Positions 1-9,385 of a stretch of DNA of 64,000 bases are shown one piece after another. Numbering within the stretch: position 1 is the first letter of the stretch; every line of letters starts with the position of its first letter. The position numbers were made by a program, and so were the translations under genes. Source of the stretch: Candidatus Fermentibacterota bacterium (GTDB lineage Bacteria > JAFGKV01); NCBI GenBank assembly GCA_030620115.1, contig JAUXFG010000002.1, positions 405-64,404 of the forward strand, in the 5' to 3' direction. The notes under the pieces were generated by a model. It worked only from the letters and a program-made list of their open reading frames with translations, was not told the DNA's origin and searched no databases.

Positions 1-2961
1 CGAATAGCCCGTGTTCGGAGCTTCTGCGGTATCCTGAATGGAACAGTAGTAGTACACCGTATCGCCATACGCTCCCACAGGATCCAACGATCCCGCAAGT
101 TTCGCTTCAACGCCGATCCATTCCTGGAAAAGGAGAGGGGTCTGCCCCTGGATATCCCCTGCTTCATAGTGCAGCATCCCACTCTCGAGGTCGAGGCCAA
201 GATTGTCTCTGGCCATTACTTCAACGACTCGCGGCAACTCCAACGCAATCGCTTCGGGAAGCTCGGTCAGTGCGTTGAGGCTGGGCGGAAGAAGATCCGG
301 ACCCACATGGAAGCGGAATGTATCCCGCAGGGGGAGCCGCCACACGAAGTCACCACCCCGGGCCTCGAGGTAGTACCAGATGTCGCTTGCCTCACCAGGT
401 GCCGGGATGATGCCGTGATACATGCCTTCACCCTGATCCACCATGGGTAGATGGGTCCAGCCCAACTCTGGATCTCTTGTCCAGACAAGCCATAGCGAGT
501 CTGGCACCCCCGGAGACATCATATGCGCCCATACGCTGATTGGTATGGAAGTGTCCTCAATGTCATACAGAGGCGTGTGCATGATGGGCCCCAGGTAGTC
601 GAGAATACGCGCCATCAGCTCGGTACGCATGCCAGTGTGGTCCGTGGGGTTGATATTCTGCCCTGATGCCACCGCTTCGAAACCAAAGGCCGTGTACACC
701 ACTCCGTGGTCCTCACGGTAACGCACCGCCGCGTCCATGCTCGGTGTGTACCGAAAAACCGCATACGAATCGTCGCCGTAGGGATCGAGCACACTGGGAT
801 ACTGGTTGTCCGGGTCTCGGCCCGGCTGGTATATGCCGAACGCCATTCCGTGGCCCAATAGATCGCCGGGAAGACCTTCCACGCTCTGCACTTGTGAATT
901 GTCGTCTATATATTCGGCGTGGAGGTAGTCATTGAACCACGCAACGGCCTCCGGACTCGTGTTCTGACTGCCGGGATCACAAAGGTCCCATCCAATGTCC
1001 TGGCCACTGAGATACAGCCTCCCGCCATGGTCGAGATAGGCGCCCAGGGCGGCTCGATCTTCCGGCGTCAGGCTCGGGAACGCCCACTCGCAGGCCCAGA
1101 CCACCACAGGAAAATTGAGGAGTGTACTCGAATCCGGTGCACCGTTGGCTGCGTGGTCCCATATGAGATATGATACGCCAAGGGAGTCAAACACAGTGAG
1201 GTAATACTCCTCCACATTCACGTCACCGTCATCGTCGTCCACCAAGAGGATGGGAGCCTGGCCTATGGAGACCGCCAGGGTGTCTTGATGCCAGAAACCG
1301 CCGTCAGCCTCATAGGTGACCAGAAATATCGCCCTCTGTGAAGGTGCATCCGAGGCTACGGCAAAGGTAAACGGCTGGCTGAGGAGGCCCATTGCATCCG
1401 CCGGAATCTCCCCTTCGTTGATAGTCCCATCGATGATCGATATCCCCTGGGCTGACGTCCCAAGGCTTACCGTGGCATTCTCTGCAGGGCTCACCGTGTA
1501 GCTCCGATAGGTGACCCAGATCTGTCCGCTCTCGCCTTGAAGGATCCAGCCGTCACCATTGCCGCCTGGAGGGGAATCACTGACAGTCCAGGCCCATGTC
1601 TCAACATAAGGTTGCTCCTGGAGCTCGACTTCGGTCACTCCCCGATACGCATTGACCCTCCCTATTCCTAGAAGACCTTCAAACCCCGGGTTGAGATCAT
1701 CGATATTGTCGGCGGTCAGCACAAGCTGCCGACCCAGCTCATAGGGCCCAAGCTCAGGACGCCCGCTCTTGATGAGCCCCGCAATGCCGGCAGCAACAGG
1801 TGATGCGAGAGAGCTGCCACTGGCAGCACCATAGGCGCCTCCCGGTCTCGTGGTGCGAATGTTCACTCCCGGCGCCGATATGTCGACCGTTCGGCCCCAT
1901 GTGGCATCCCCCGCGCGACGATCGCTCCCCGTTACCCACGTGACGCTGATGGTATTGAAATACGCTGATGGCCAGTGAGGTTGTCCTACGGGATCATTGC
2001 CTGCAGCAGCCAATACCAGGCTCCCCAGACCTGTGGCGTAGTCGATGACATCCTGACTGTACTGGCTGGGCGCCCCGAAACTACCCCAACTGCAGTTGAT
2101 GATATCCGCACCCGTTTCAGCAGCGTAGGTAATGCCTTGGTAGCCCTTCGAGATGAAATTGGGGCTTGGGTTGTAGGATGCTTTCACCGGCATGTATTCG
2201 CAGTTCCATGAAATGCCTGCCACGCCAAGGCCATTGTTGGTAACCGCGGCAGCCGCGCCTGCCACCAATGTGCCGTGATCGAACCATCCATCAGGGTCGG
2301 GAGGACAAGGGCTCGGATCGGCATCATTGTCCGCCACATCGTACCCATGCACATCATCGATGCGCCCATTGCCATCGTCGTCGAATCCGGCGACGCCAGC
2401 GGCTTCGAGTTCATTGGTGAAGACGTTCGCCCAGAGATCCGGATGCGCGTAGTCCGTCCCATTGTCCACAATGGCGATGACTACCGAGGAATCACCCTTC
2501 TGCACGTCCCAGGCTTCGGGCCCAAGGACCTGGGGAAGGTGGGGCTGGGAGCCGTAAAGGGGATCGTCAGGCACATCGCAGGGCGCCGGAATCCGCACTG
2601 TCTCGATCCATTCGATCTCCGGCCTATGGCGTAGAGCCTTCACCACGCTTTCCGGATCGATGCCGGGGGCCGGCTTCAGCTCCACCACGAGATCGAGCCT
2701 GGGCAGATTCTCCCTGATCTTGGCATGAGGATGAAGCCGCTCAACGTCCATGACTCCGGCTGACTCCAGGACCATGTCCAAAGACGCGATGCCACAGCTT
2801 CGTGCAGTGCCCTGTAGAAGGAGATTGCCATGCGGTGGCAGTACCTTCATCACCACCATAGATTCTTGAGCCGTCATAAAAGAAGGCTGAGGAAGTGACG
2901 ACAAGACGCCAGTCGACACTGCGGCAAGGATGGCCAGGGCGAAGAAGCAATGCTTTTTCAT
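1..2961 (-). CDS. S8 family subtilisin-like serine peptidase; N-terminus and signal peptide present, C-terminus runs off window start
   Basis: Hand translation from ATG at 2961 (SD GAAGGAGA upstream) gives MKKHCFFALAILAAV... signal peptide and no stop to position 1. Catalytic triad motifs are seen: IAIVDNGTDYAHPDL (Asp), DHGTLVAGAAAA (His), SGSSLASPVAAGIAGL (Ser). Absent from the ORF track only because it is edge-truncated. Confidence 0.8.
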   Translation of the reverse strand, partial: MKKHCFFALAILAAVSTGVLSSLPQPSFMTAQESMVVMKVLPPHGNLLLQGTARSCGIASLDMVLESAGVMDVERLHPHAKIRENLPRLDLVVELKPAPGIDPESVVKALRHRPEIEWIETVRIPAPCDVPDDPLYGSQPHLPQVLGPEAWDVQKGDSSVVIAIVDNGTDYAHPDLWANVFTNELEAAGVAGFDDDGNGRIDDVHGYDVADNDADPSPCPPDPDGWFDHGTLVAGAAAAVTNNGLGVAGISWNCEYMPVKASYNPSPNFISKGYQGITYAAETGADIINCSWGSFGAPSQYSQDVIDYATGLGSLVLAAAGNDPVGQPHWPSAYFNTISVTWVTGSDRRAGDATWGRTVDISAPGVNIRTTRPGGAYGAASGSSLASPVAAGIAGLIKSGRPELGPYELGRQLVLTADNIDDLNPGFEGLLGIGRVNAYRGVTEVELQEQPYVETWAWTVSDSPPGGNGDGWILQGESGQIWVTYRSYTVSPAENATVSLGTSAQGISIIDGTINEGEIPADAMGLLSQPFTFAVASDAPSQRAIFLVTYEADGGFWHQDTLAVSIGQAPILLVDDDDGDVNVEEYYLTVFDSLGVSYLIWDHAANGAPDSSTLLNFPVVVWACEWAFPSLTPEDRAALGAYLDHGGRLYLSGQDIGWDLCDPGSQNTSPEAVAWFNDYLHAEYIDDNSQVQSVEGLPGDLLGHGMAFGIYQPGRDPDNQYPSVLDPYGDDSYAVFRYTPSMDAAVRYREDHGVVYTAFGFEAVASGQNINPTDHTGMRTELMARILDYLGPIMHTPLYDIEDTSIPISVWAHMMSPGVPDSLWLVWTRDPELGWTHLPMVDQGEGMYHGIIPAPGEASDIWYYLEARGGDFVWRLPLRDTFRFHVGPDLLPPSLNALTELPEAIALELPRVVEVMARDNLGLDLESGMLHYEAGDIQGQTPLLFQEWIGVEAKLAGSLDPVGAYGDTVYYYCSIQDTAEAPNTGYS

Positions 2962-3071
2962 GGTCTGATCTCCTTCATCCGGTAACAAAACCGGATCTTT
3001 GGGATTTGAATGCCTTGAGACACGGAATATCTCCTCCAGAGAACACGAAATTCATCCATCGCACAGAAAGG

Positions 3072-4739
3072 TCACTTTATGCCGGCGAGTTCCTCGGCGA
3101 TGTTGTATGCGTGGTCACCCATCTTCTCGAAGCTTGTGACCATATCGAGAAATACGAGCCCCGCGTCGACGCTGCAACTCCCTTCTTTCAGTCGGGAAAT
3201 ATGTTCATTCTTCATCAATGTCCTGAGCTCATCGATCCTCGTCTCGTACTGACGCGCCCGCTCCATGAGCCCATCAAAGGATTCATTCTCGATACTTTCT
3301 AGAATGAGCTGCAGGAAGCCTTTGACCTCATCCGCGATCTGATCTATCTCACCCATGGCGGCTGAAGTGAACGTAATTCGATTGTCGAATAATCTATTGG
3401 AGTGCTTGAGCACAAGCTCACTGTGATCCCCGATCCGTTCCAGCTCCGACGCAATTGCCATAATGTGTGCCGTCTCACGAGCCCCCTCCGGGGACAAAGG
3501 CGCCCGCGAGAGCTGCGCGCAAAACCGTGTGATCTCTCGTTCCAGCGTATCAACTGCATCCTCACGCCGCCTCACGCGCAGAACCTCTTCACCCATCTTC
3601 CTGTGGGGGGAACGGAAAACCTTCAGGGAGATGGTGAGCATCTCAGTCACCAACTGACACATCTTGACAAGCTGCTGCCGGGCCTCGGCCAGGGCCATGG
3701 AAGGTATCCGTACTGTTTGAGTGTCAAAAGGCTTCAGGCTGAAGACCTCTTCCACATCGCCGGGCACCAGTGCAGTGACCGCTCGAACGATAACTCCCAC
3801 AAGAGGCAAGAAGAGAAGCGTGTTGGTCATATTGAACGCAGTGTGGAATGCCGCCAAGTGTACTGGTATCGCCTCTGCATGGCCGCTGACGGCTCCTGGA
3901 ACCAGCCTGTCGACGAAGCCGAGAAACGGTCGAAACATGGCCAACATCCAGATCACGCCTATCACATTGAAGAGGAGATGCGCGACCGCGGCTCGCCGGG
4001 CGCTTGTATTCCCGCCCAGACTGCTCAGCAGTGCGGTGACGGTAGTACCGATGTTCTCGCCAAGAACGAGCGCACACGCCGTCGGGAAGTCAATGAATCC
4101 CTTTGCTGATGCAGCGATGGTGATGGCCATGGTCGCACTGGATGATTGCACCACAAAGGTGACAAGAGAACCCACGAGGATCGCCAGAATCACCGAAGGC
4201 AATGTGGACGCAGAGTAGCGTGCCATCATCTCCAATGCTTCAGGATCGCTCCTGATGTCGGGCACGGAGTCTTTCATGAACTGGAGCCCCAGGAAAAGGA
4301 GCCCGAAACCTACGAGGGCTTCCAGCCAGAGACCCTGCTTTCCTTTGATGAAGAAGCGCGCAAGAACCCCGATGCCCACGGCAGGCAAGGCAAATGTGGC
4401 GATCTTGACCTTGAAACCCAGGATCGACACCACCCAGCCCGTCACCGTCGTCCCGATATTTGCCCCCATGATCACGCCTACCGCCTGCTTCAACGTAAGC
4501 AAGCCAGCGTTCACGAAACTGACCACCATCACGGTGGTGGCGCTGGAGGATTGGATTGCCGCCGTGACCATGAGTCCGGTCAAGACGCCTGCAACCCGAC
4601 GACCCGTAATCGTGCCCAGAATGCGCCGGAGGCTCCGGCCTGCGGCATTCTGGAGACCCTCGCTCATGACTCTCATACCGAAAAGGAAAAGCCCCAAACC
4701 ACCGATAAGCTGAAAGATCATTGAGAAAGTCATGGCCAA
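3072..4739 (-). CDS. Na/Pi cotransporter family protein with C-terminal PhoU-like domain
   Basis: 555-aa ORF with duplicated membrane repeats (QSSSATTVMVVSF / QSSSATMAITIA) typical of the NptA/YjbB family, plus a C-terminal helical PhoU-like region. Confidence 0.8.
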   Translation of the reverse strand: MAMTFSMIFQLIGGLGLFLFGMRVMSEGLQNAAGRSLRRILGTITGRRVAGVLTGLMVTAAIQSSSATTVMVVSFVNAGLLTLKQAVGVIMGANIGTTVTGWVVSILGFKVKIATFALPAVGIGVLARFFIKGKQGLWLEALVGFGLLFLGLQFMKDSVPDIRSDPEALEMMARYSASTLPSVILAILVGSLVTFVVQSSSATMAITIAASAKGFIDFPTACALVLGENIGTTVTALLSSLGGNTSARRAAVAHLLFNVIGVIWMLAMFRPFLGFVDRLVPGAVSGHAEAIPVHLAAFHTAFNMTNTLLFLPLVGVIVRAVTALVPGDVEEVFSLKPFDTQTVRIPSMALAEARQQLVKMCQLVTEMLTISLKVFRSPHRKMGEEVLRVRRREDAVDTLEREITRFCAQLSRAPLSPEGARETAHIMAIASELERIGDHSELVLKHSNRLFDNRITFTSAAMGEIDQIADEVKGFLQLILESIENESFDGLMERARQYETRIDELRTLMKNEHISRLKEGSCSVDAGLVFLDMVTSFEKMGDHAYNIAEELAGIK

Positions 4740-5671
4740 CCCCTGGTTGGCTGCCTTGAGATATCTCGGATTGCAAAAGGGGAACGCCGACTACACAATT
4801 GGGAAAGTGTGCACGAGAAACGCATTCCTCCATGGTCCTCCCATCTCGATTGCAAGCCCAAAGGGACGTCATTCCTGAATGCATCTGTGTGCTGAGACCC
4901 CGCATCTCTGTTGAACGCATCCACCGCCGCAGGATCCAGCTCAATATCAACCGAGAAGATGGTCAAATCATTCGGCTGGAACCAACGGGTCACGGCGAGG
5001 AGTTCCTCCAGATCGTCGGGTTCCATCACAATGCAGCCCAGGCTCCAATTCTCGCATGTGGCACAGGTATCTTGAGACCTCTGCGCAGTATGTATCAGTA
5101 TCTGAGCCCCCAAAGGGGTATTTCGGGGAGGAGGCCGGCGCTGCTCCAGGGCCAACTCAATCCTCCTGAATTGCGTATAGGTGATCTCCCCAGTAAGGAA
5201 AGCCCGAAGACCATCGGCTCGATTGGGGTAGCACACATAGAAACATCGCCCGTAGGAGGGACTAATATGCTTCATAATCTTATAGCGGCCCTCTGGGGTC
5301 TTTTTGTCCCCCTGATGGGTCTTGTGGCCAATGGGATTCCCGCTCAATGAGACGGCATACGCCTTGACGACCCTCTCCTTTGCCAAAATCAGGAGCACAA
5401 ACTGGGATTTGAAGATCTCGAATCGAATATCCGTGCTGGGCGGAGGGATTTGCTCAAAATGACATGCCTCTTCCAGGGATATGCCCCGACTACTCTCTAT
5501 CAAATCCTCAACCCATCCTGAACGGATCGGGTGAGGAACCACCGTATCCTCATCGAGAAGCCGCCACGGTATCGCCGAAAACACCGGAATCTCCGATGTC
5601 GAGCTCACAGAAAAGGTCAACAGCATCATGACGCCGAACAGAAATCGCCGGGATACAAGACCCTGGAGCAT
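4730..5671 (-). CDS. L,D-transpeptidase (YkuD domain) with signal peptide
   Basis: Motif ...IGHKTHQGDKKTPEGRYKI...HTAQRSQDTCATCENWSLGCIVME matches the LDT catalytic His/Cys (SxGC) signature. SD AAGGAG lies 11 nt upstream of the ATG. An 80-aa C-terminal tail of unclear validity overlaps the next gene's start. Confidence 0.65.
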   Translation of the reverse strand: MLQGLVSRRFLFGVMMLLTFSVSSTSEIPVFSAIPWRLLDEDTVVPHPIRSGWVEDLIESSRGISLEEACHFEQIPPPSTDIRFEIFKSQFVLLILAKERVVKAYAVSLSGNPIGHKTHQGDKKTPEGRYKIMKHISPSYGRCFYVCYPNRADGLRAFLTGEITYTQFRRIELALEQRRPPPRNTPLGAQILIHTAQRSQDTCATCENWSLGCIVMEPDDLEELLAVTRWFQPNDLTIFSVDIELDPAAVDAFNRDAGSQHTDAFRNDVPLGLQSRWEDHGGMRFSCTLSQLCSRRSPFAIRDISRQPTRGWP

Positions 5672-5871
5672 TGAACTGAGCCACTCCTTCGATTAGTGCG
5701 ACAGCCGAGGGTGTTTTCCACCCGGGGAACAGAGAATTGGAAGTGAGCCGAATGTATGGATGCACCGGGCAGCCGTCAACACGAGCCTTGCCTGGACATG
5801 CAGCATGGAAGCACATTGATTCGAGCGAGGAATCTTGAGAATTCGTAGCGCCAAACTATAGGGGAACTCCT

Positions 5872-7821
5872 GTGCTTGCTCCGATCCGCAACGACCCCGC
5901 TCTCATTCAGCATGTCGTGGTCAATGGCCATGATCTCTCACTGTCTGACGTCATGGCAGTGGCGCGCTTCGGAGCCAAGGTCTCCATTGCGCCTGAGGCG
6001 TCGGCCAGGATACGAAAATCACGAGAGCGCGTTGAGGAACTCGTGCAGTCAGGGGAGAAGATCTACGGACTCAACACAGGATTCGGATCACTCCGCGATG
6101 TACTGATTTCGCCATCCGAGGTTCGGCTCCTGCAAACAAATCTGATACGAAGCCATGCAGCCGGCGTGGGTGAACCGCTCCCTGAGGATGTGGTCCGCGC
6201 CATGATGCTGCTTCGGCTGAATACGCTTTCAGCCGGATACTCAGGGATCAGGCATTCGACATTGGAGAGAATCGTCACACTCCTCAACGCGCGCGTGTAT
6301 CCATGGATACCATCCAGAGGATCCGTGGGCGCTTCGGGAGACCTGGCGCCTTTGGCGCATCTTGCATTAGTGATCACCGGAGATCCCGCGGGAAAAATCT
6401 ATATCAGGGAGAGCGATCCGGTCTCCAACCACCGTGGTGATTTCATTGAGACGCCACGGGCAACCTCATTCGTACCCTTGGAGCCGGGCCTCCTTCAACG
6501 ATCATGCGGGCTCGGACCCTATGATCTTGATGCGAAGGAAGGGCTCGCTCTCACCAACGGTACCCAGCTCATGACCGCATTAGGAGCGCTGTCTCTGTAT
6601 GATGCGTTTGTCTCACTGGAAGCGGCACTTGTTGCCGCGGCTGCCAGCATCGAGGCAATCAAGGGTTCTGTGCAAGCCTTTGATGAACGCCTTTCGGAAC
6701 TCAGGGGATTCCAGGAGCAATCCGAAATAGCATCCTCCATCAAAGGTATGTTGCGGGGAAGTTCGATCCTCGCCAGCGCATGCAATATCCCCTACCTCAA
6801 GCGAATCAGCCAACGAATCGAGGCAATTCTTCACGAGGATATCCCGCTCAGCGTGCGGCAAGCATTGACCATGGTGATCCAGGAATGTGAGAGGGCCTTG
6901 GGCAAGGCTCGCTTCGGAGATCACCCCCGCCTCGAAACCCGGCTCATTTTTCGCCTCGTGTCCGAGGCTATCGTCTCTCTCGATGCCGAAGGCCAAGACC
7001 GCCTGAGAGCGAATCTTGTCCCGATTCTTACCGAGATAGAAGCGGTTGCTCCAGGATCTCCGCGGGTCCAAGATGACTACAGTTTCCGCTGCATCCCTCA
7101 GGTACTCGGAAGCGCATTATGGGTACTCAATACATGCGGTGAGCGCATCGTGGCCGAGATGAACGCAGTCACCGACAACCCCCTGATCTTCGAGAGCGCT
7201 TCCGGGAAGTCATCGGATTCTCCGAATGTCTTGAGCGGGGGCAACTTCCATGGGGAGCCTGTGGCCATGGCCATGGACATGGCCGCAATCGCCATCAGCG
7301 AGATCGCATCCCTTTCGGAGCGGCGATCCGCGCAACTCCTCGACTCTTCGCACCACTACGGCCTTCCGTCTCAGCTCATTGCGCGGAGCGGTGTCAACTC
7401 GGGCTTCATGATTGCACAGTACACGGCGGCGGCTCTTGTCTCCGAGTGTAAGCTGTTGGCACATCCAGCCAGTATTGACTCCATCCCCACATGCGAGAAT
7501 ACCGAGGATCATGTGAGTATGGGGCCCATCGCAGGCCTCAAGCTCCGGCGTTTGCTGGCCAACCTGGAAGAAGTCATCGGCATTGAGCTGTTGCTGGCGG
7601 GGCAGGCCCTGAACATGTGGCACCCTCTCGAGCCGGGCCCCGGTGGAAGACTGCTCCTCGATCTATTCGCCAAGGCCGATATTCCATTCGTGGAAAGCGA
7701 TCTCCCGCTGTACCAGCTTATGGAGCGCACTGTCTTTTTTATACGCAAAGAGATGCTGCATCTCGCAATCATCCAAGCCGATGCCCAGGGGATAGCCCGG
7801 ACTTCTCACCGGCTTCCGTAG
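5872..7821 (+). CDS. MIO-dependent aromatic amino acid ammonia-lyase family enzyme, HAL-like, with large insertions
   Basis: GSVGASGDLAPLAHL contains the Ala-Ser-Gly triad that forms the MIO cofactor. N-terminal YGLNTGFG and the selectivity position RSHAAGVG (Ser-His) point to HAL rather than PAL/TAL. At 649 aa it is about 140 aa longer than canonical bacterial HALs. Confidence 0.8.
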   Translation: MLAPIRNDPALIQHVVVNGHDLSLSDVMAVARFGAKVSIAPEASARIRKSRERVEELVQSGEKIYGLNTGFGSLRDVLISPSEVRLLQTNLIRSHAAGVGEPLPEDVVRAMMLLRLNTLSAGYSGIRHSTLERIVTLLNARVYPWIPSRGSVGASGDLAPLAHLALVITGDPAGKIYIRESDPVSNHRGDFIETPRATSFVPLEPGLLQRSCGLGPYDLDAKEGLALTNGTQLMTALGALSLYDAFVSLEAALVAAAASIEAIKGSVQAFDERLSELRGFQEQSEIASSIKGMLRGSSILASACNIPYLKRISQRIEAILHEDIPLSVRQALTMVIQECERALGKARFGDHPRLETRLIFRLVSEAIVSLDAEGQDRLRANLVPILTEIEAVAPGSPRVQDDYSFRCIPQVLGSALWVLNTCGERIVAEMNAVTDNPLIFESASGKSSDSPNVLSGGNFHGEPVAMAMDMAAIAISEIASLSERRSAQLLDSSHHYGLPSQLIARSGVNSGFMIAQYTAAALVSECKLLAHPASIDSIPTCENTEDHVSMGPIAGLKLRRLLANLEEVIGIELLLAGQALNMWHPLEPGPGGRLLLDLFAKADIPFVESDLPLYQLMERTVFFIRKEMLHLAIIQADAQGIARTSHRLP

Positions 7822-7991
7822 CGAGACAGAATAGATGGTTGTGGCTGCAAGGCTTGCGACCGAGGCTTCCGCAGGCGTATCCTCTGCGATACGTCGAGGA
7901 AGCCGACAGAGCGTAACGCAGCAGACGGAGCCATATCGGATGTCGCAGCCGAAAGCTGATGAGAAGTCTGGGCTAATAGCATGGAGTAATC

Positions 7992-9362
7992 ATGAAAAGA
8001 CGTGACACTGAGCTCCAGCCTCGACTTCCCTCTGGCTTCAGGGATCTCCTGCCCGAGGAGAACGCCGCTCGCACTTGGATGATTGAAACCGTGTGCGAGG
8101 TGTACAAGTCCCACGGTTTCGTGTCTCTGGATACGTCACCTGTGGAATATTACCAAACGCTTGTCTCGGGCCATGAGGAAGGGGGAGAGAAGCAGATATA
8201 CCGCCTTTTCAAGGAACAATTGCCTGCTCCACGCAGAACGTTGGCACTCAGGTTCGAACTCACGGCCTCTTTGGCGCGCTTTCTCGCTCAGAATATCGAT
8301 AGGATTTCAATGCCATTCAAGCGGTACCAGTCAGGGTATGTGTGGCGAGGGGAACGCCCGCAACGCGGCCGGTTTCGCCAGTTCCTCCAGTTTGATGTTG
8401 ACACTGTGGGGGTCGCCGATCCTGTGGCGGATGCCGAGATCGTGGAGGTCATCTACAGAAGCTTGGAGGCCTTGGGAATCAAGGAGTTCCAGATACGGCT
8501 TTCCAGCAGGAATCTGCTGGCCGGGCTGGCCAAGATATTGGGCCTTCGCTCCCCTGAAGATCGACTCCTCTTCTTCCGGCTTCTCGATAAACATGATAAG
8601 ATCGGAACCGAGAAACTCCTGGAGCTGCTCTCGCAAACCATAGTGGATCAAGACAGTACTTTCTCGTTGGAGAAGCCCCAGAGAGACATCGTGGAAAAAA
8701 TCCTGACGCTGGAGGGGGACAACGAGGCCTTGTTGGAGCAGACCGAACGCCTGGTCTCAGGTCCAGAGGAAAGCCGCACAGGCATAGAAGAGCTGAGGAG
8801 CATTCTCTGCTACTGGTCTCACACCAGGCTCGGAAATCCGGAATTCCTCCGTATCGTCCCGCACCTGGCCCGTGGCCTTGATTACTATACGGGACCCATC
8901 TTCGAAACCGTGGTAACGGGGCACGAGAATATCGGGTCAATCATGGCTGGGGGTCGGTATGATGGCCTTGTCGGCTGTTTTCTTGGCCGGGATATCCCTG
9001 CAGTAGGCGTATCCATGGGTGTGGATAGGCTATTCGTGGCCCTCGGGAGTCTCGGTCTGCTCCCCGGTTCCATATCAAGCTGTAGAGTACTCGTTGCGGT
9101 CCTCAGCGAACCCGAACGTCAGGGCATGTACGGTCTGGCTTCAAAGCTCCGCGACGCAGGCATTCACGCGGAACTCTATCTCGGTTCGAAGCTGACCTTC
9201 AGGGAGCAGATCAAGTATGCTTCCGCCCAGGGCATACCATTTCTGCTGATTCAAGGGGAAAATGAACGAACACGAGGCGTGGTGGGCTTGCGGCACCTGG
9301 GAAGACGAGAACAGGAAGAGCTTACGTTGCAGGAGGCCATCACGCGGCTTCGGGAGGCGTAA
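7992..9362 (+). CDS. hisS: histidine--tRNA ligase
   Basis: N-terminal RLPSGFRDLLPEE, class II motifs including AGGRYDGL, and a C-terminal anticodon-binding domain (which argues against HisZ). Confidence 0.8.
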   Translation: MKRRDTELQPRLPSGFRDLLPEENAARTWMIETVCEVYKSHGFVSLDTSPVEYYQTLVSGHEEGGEKQIYRLFKEQLPAPRRTLALRFELTASLARFLAQNIDRISMPFKRYQSGYVWRGERPQRGRFRQFLQFDVDTVGVADPVADAEIVEVIYRSLEALGIKEFQIRLSSRNLLAGLAKILGLRSPEDRLLFFRLLDKHDKIGTEKLLELLSQTIVDQDSTFSLEKPQRDIVEKILTLEGDNEALLEQTERLVSGPEESRTGIEELRSILCYWSHTRLGNPEFLRIVPHLARGLDYYTGPIFETVVTGHENIGSIMAGGRYDGLVGCFLGRDIPAVGVSMGVDRLFVALGSLGLLPGSISSCRVLVAVLSEPERQGMYGLASKLRDAGIHAELYLGSKLTFREQIKYASAQGIPFLLIQGENERTRGVVGLRHLGRREQEELTLQEAITRLREA

Positions 9363-9385
9363 GGAATCCCCACCCAAGGCGGCCT

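Noticed and set aside
3402-4950. 235-aa (+) and 236-aa (-) ORFs overlapping the Na/Pi cotransporter gene
   Set aside because: They are alternative-frame or antisense ORFs inside a gene with strong family evidence. There are no motifs.
5872-7821. Tyrosine or phenylalanine ammonia-lyase (flexirubin/aryl-polyene type) assignment
   Set aside because: The selectivity position reads Ser-His (RSHAAG) as in histidine ammonia-lyases, not His-Leu or Phe-Leu. No polyketide or aryl-polyene genes are nearby. Kept as HAL-like.
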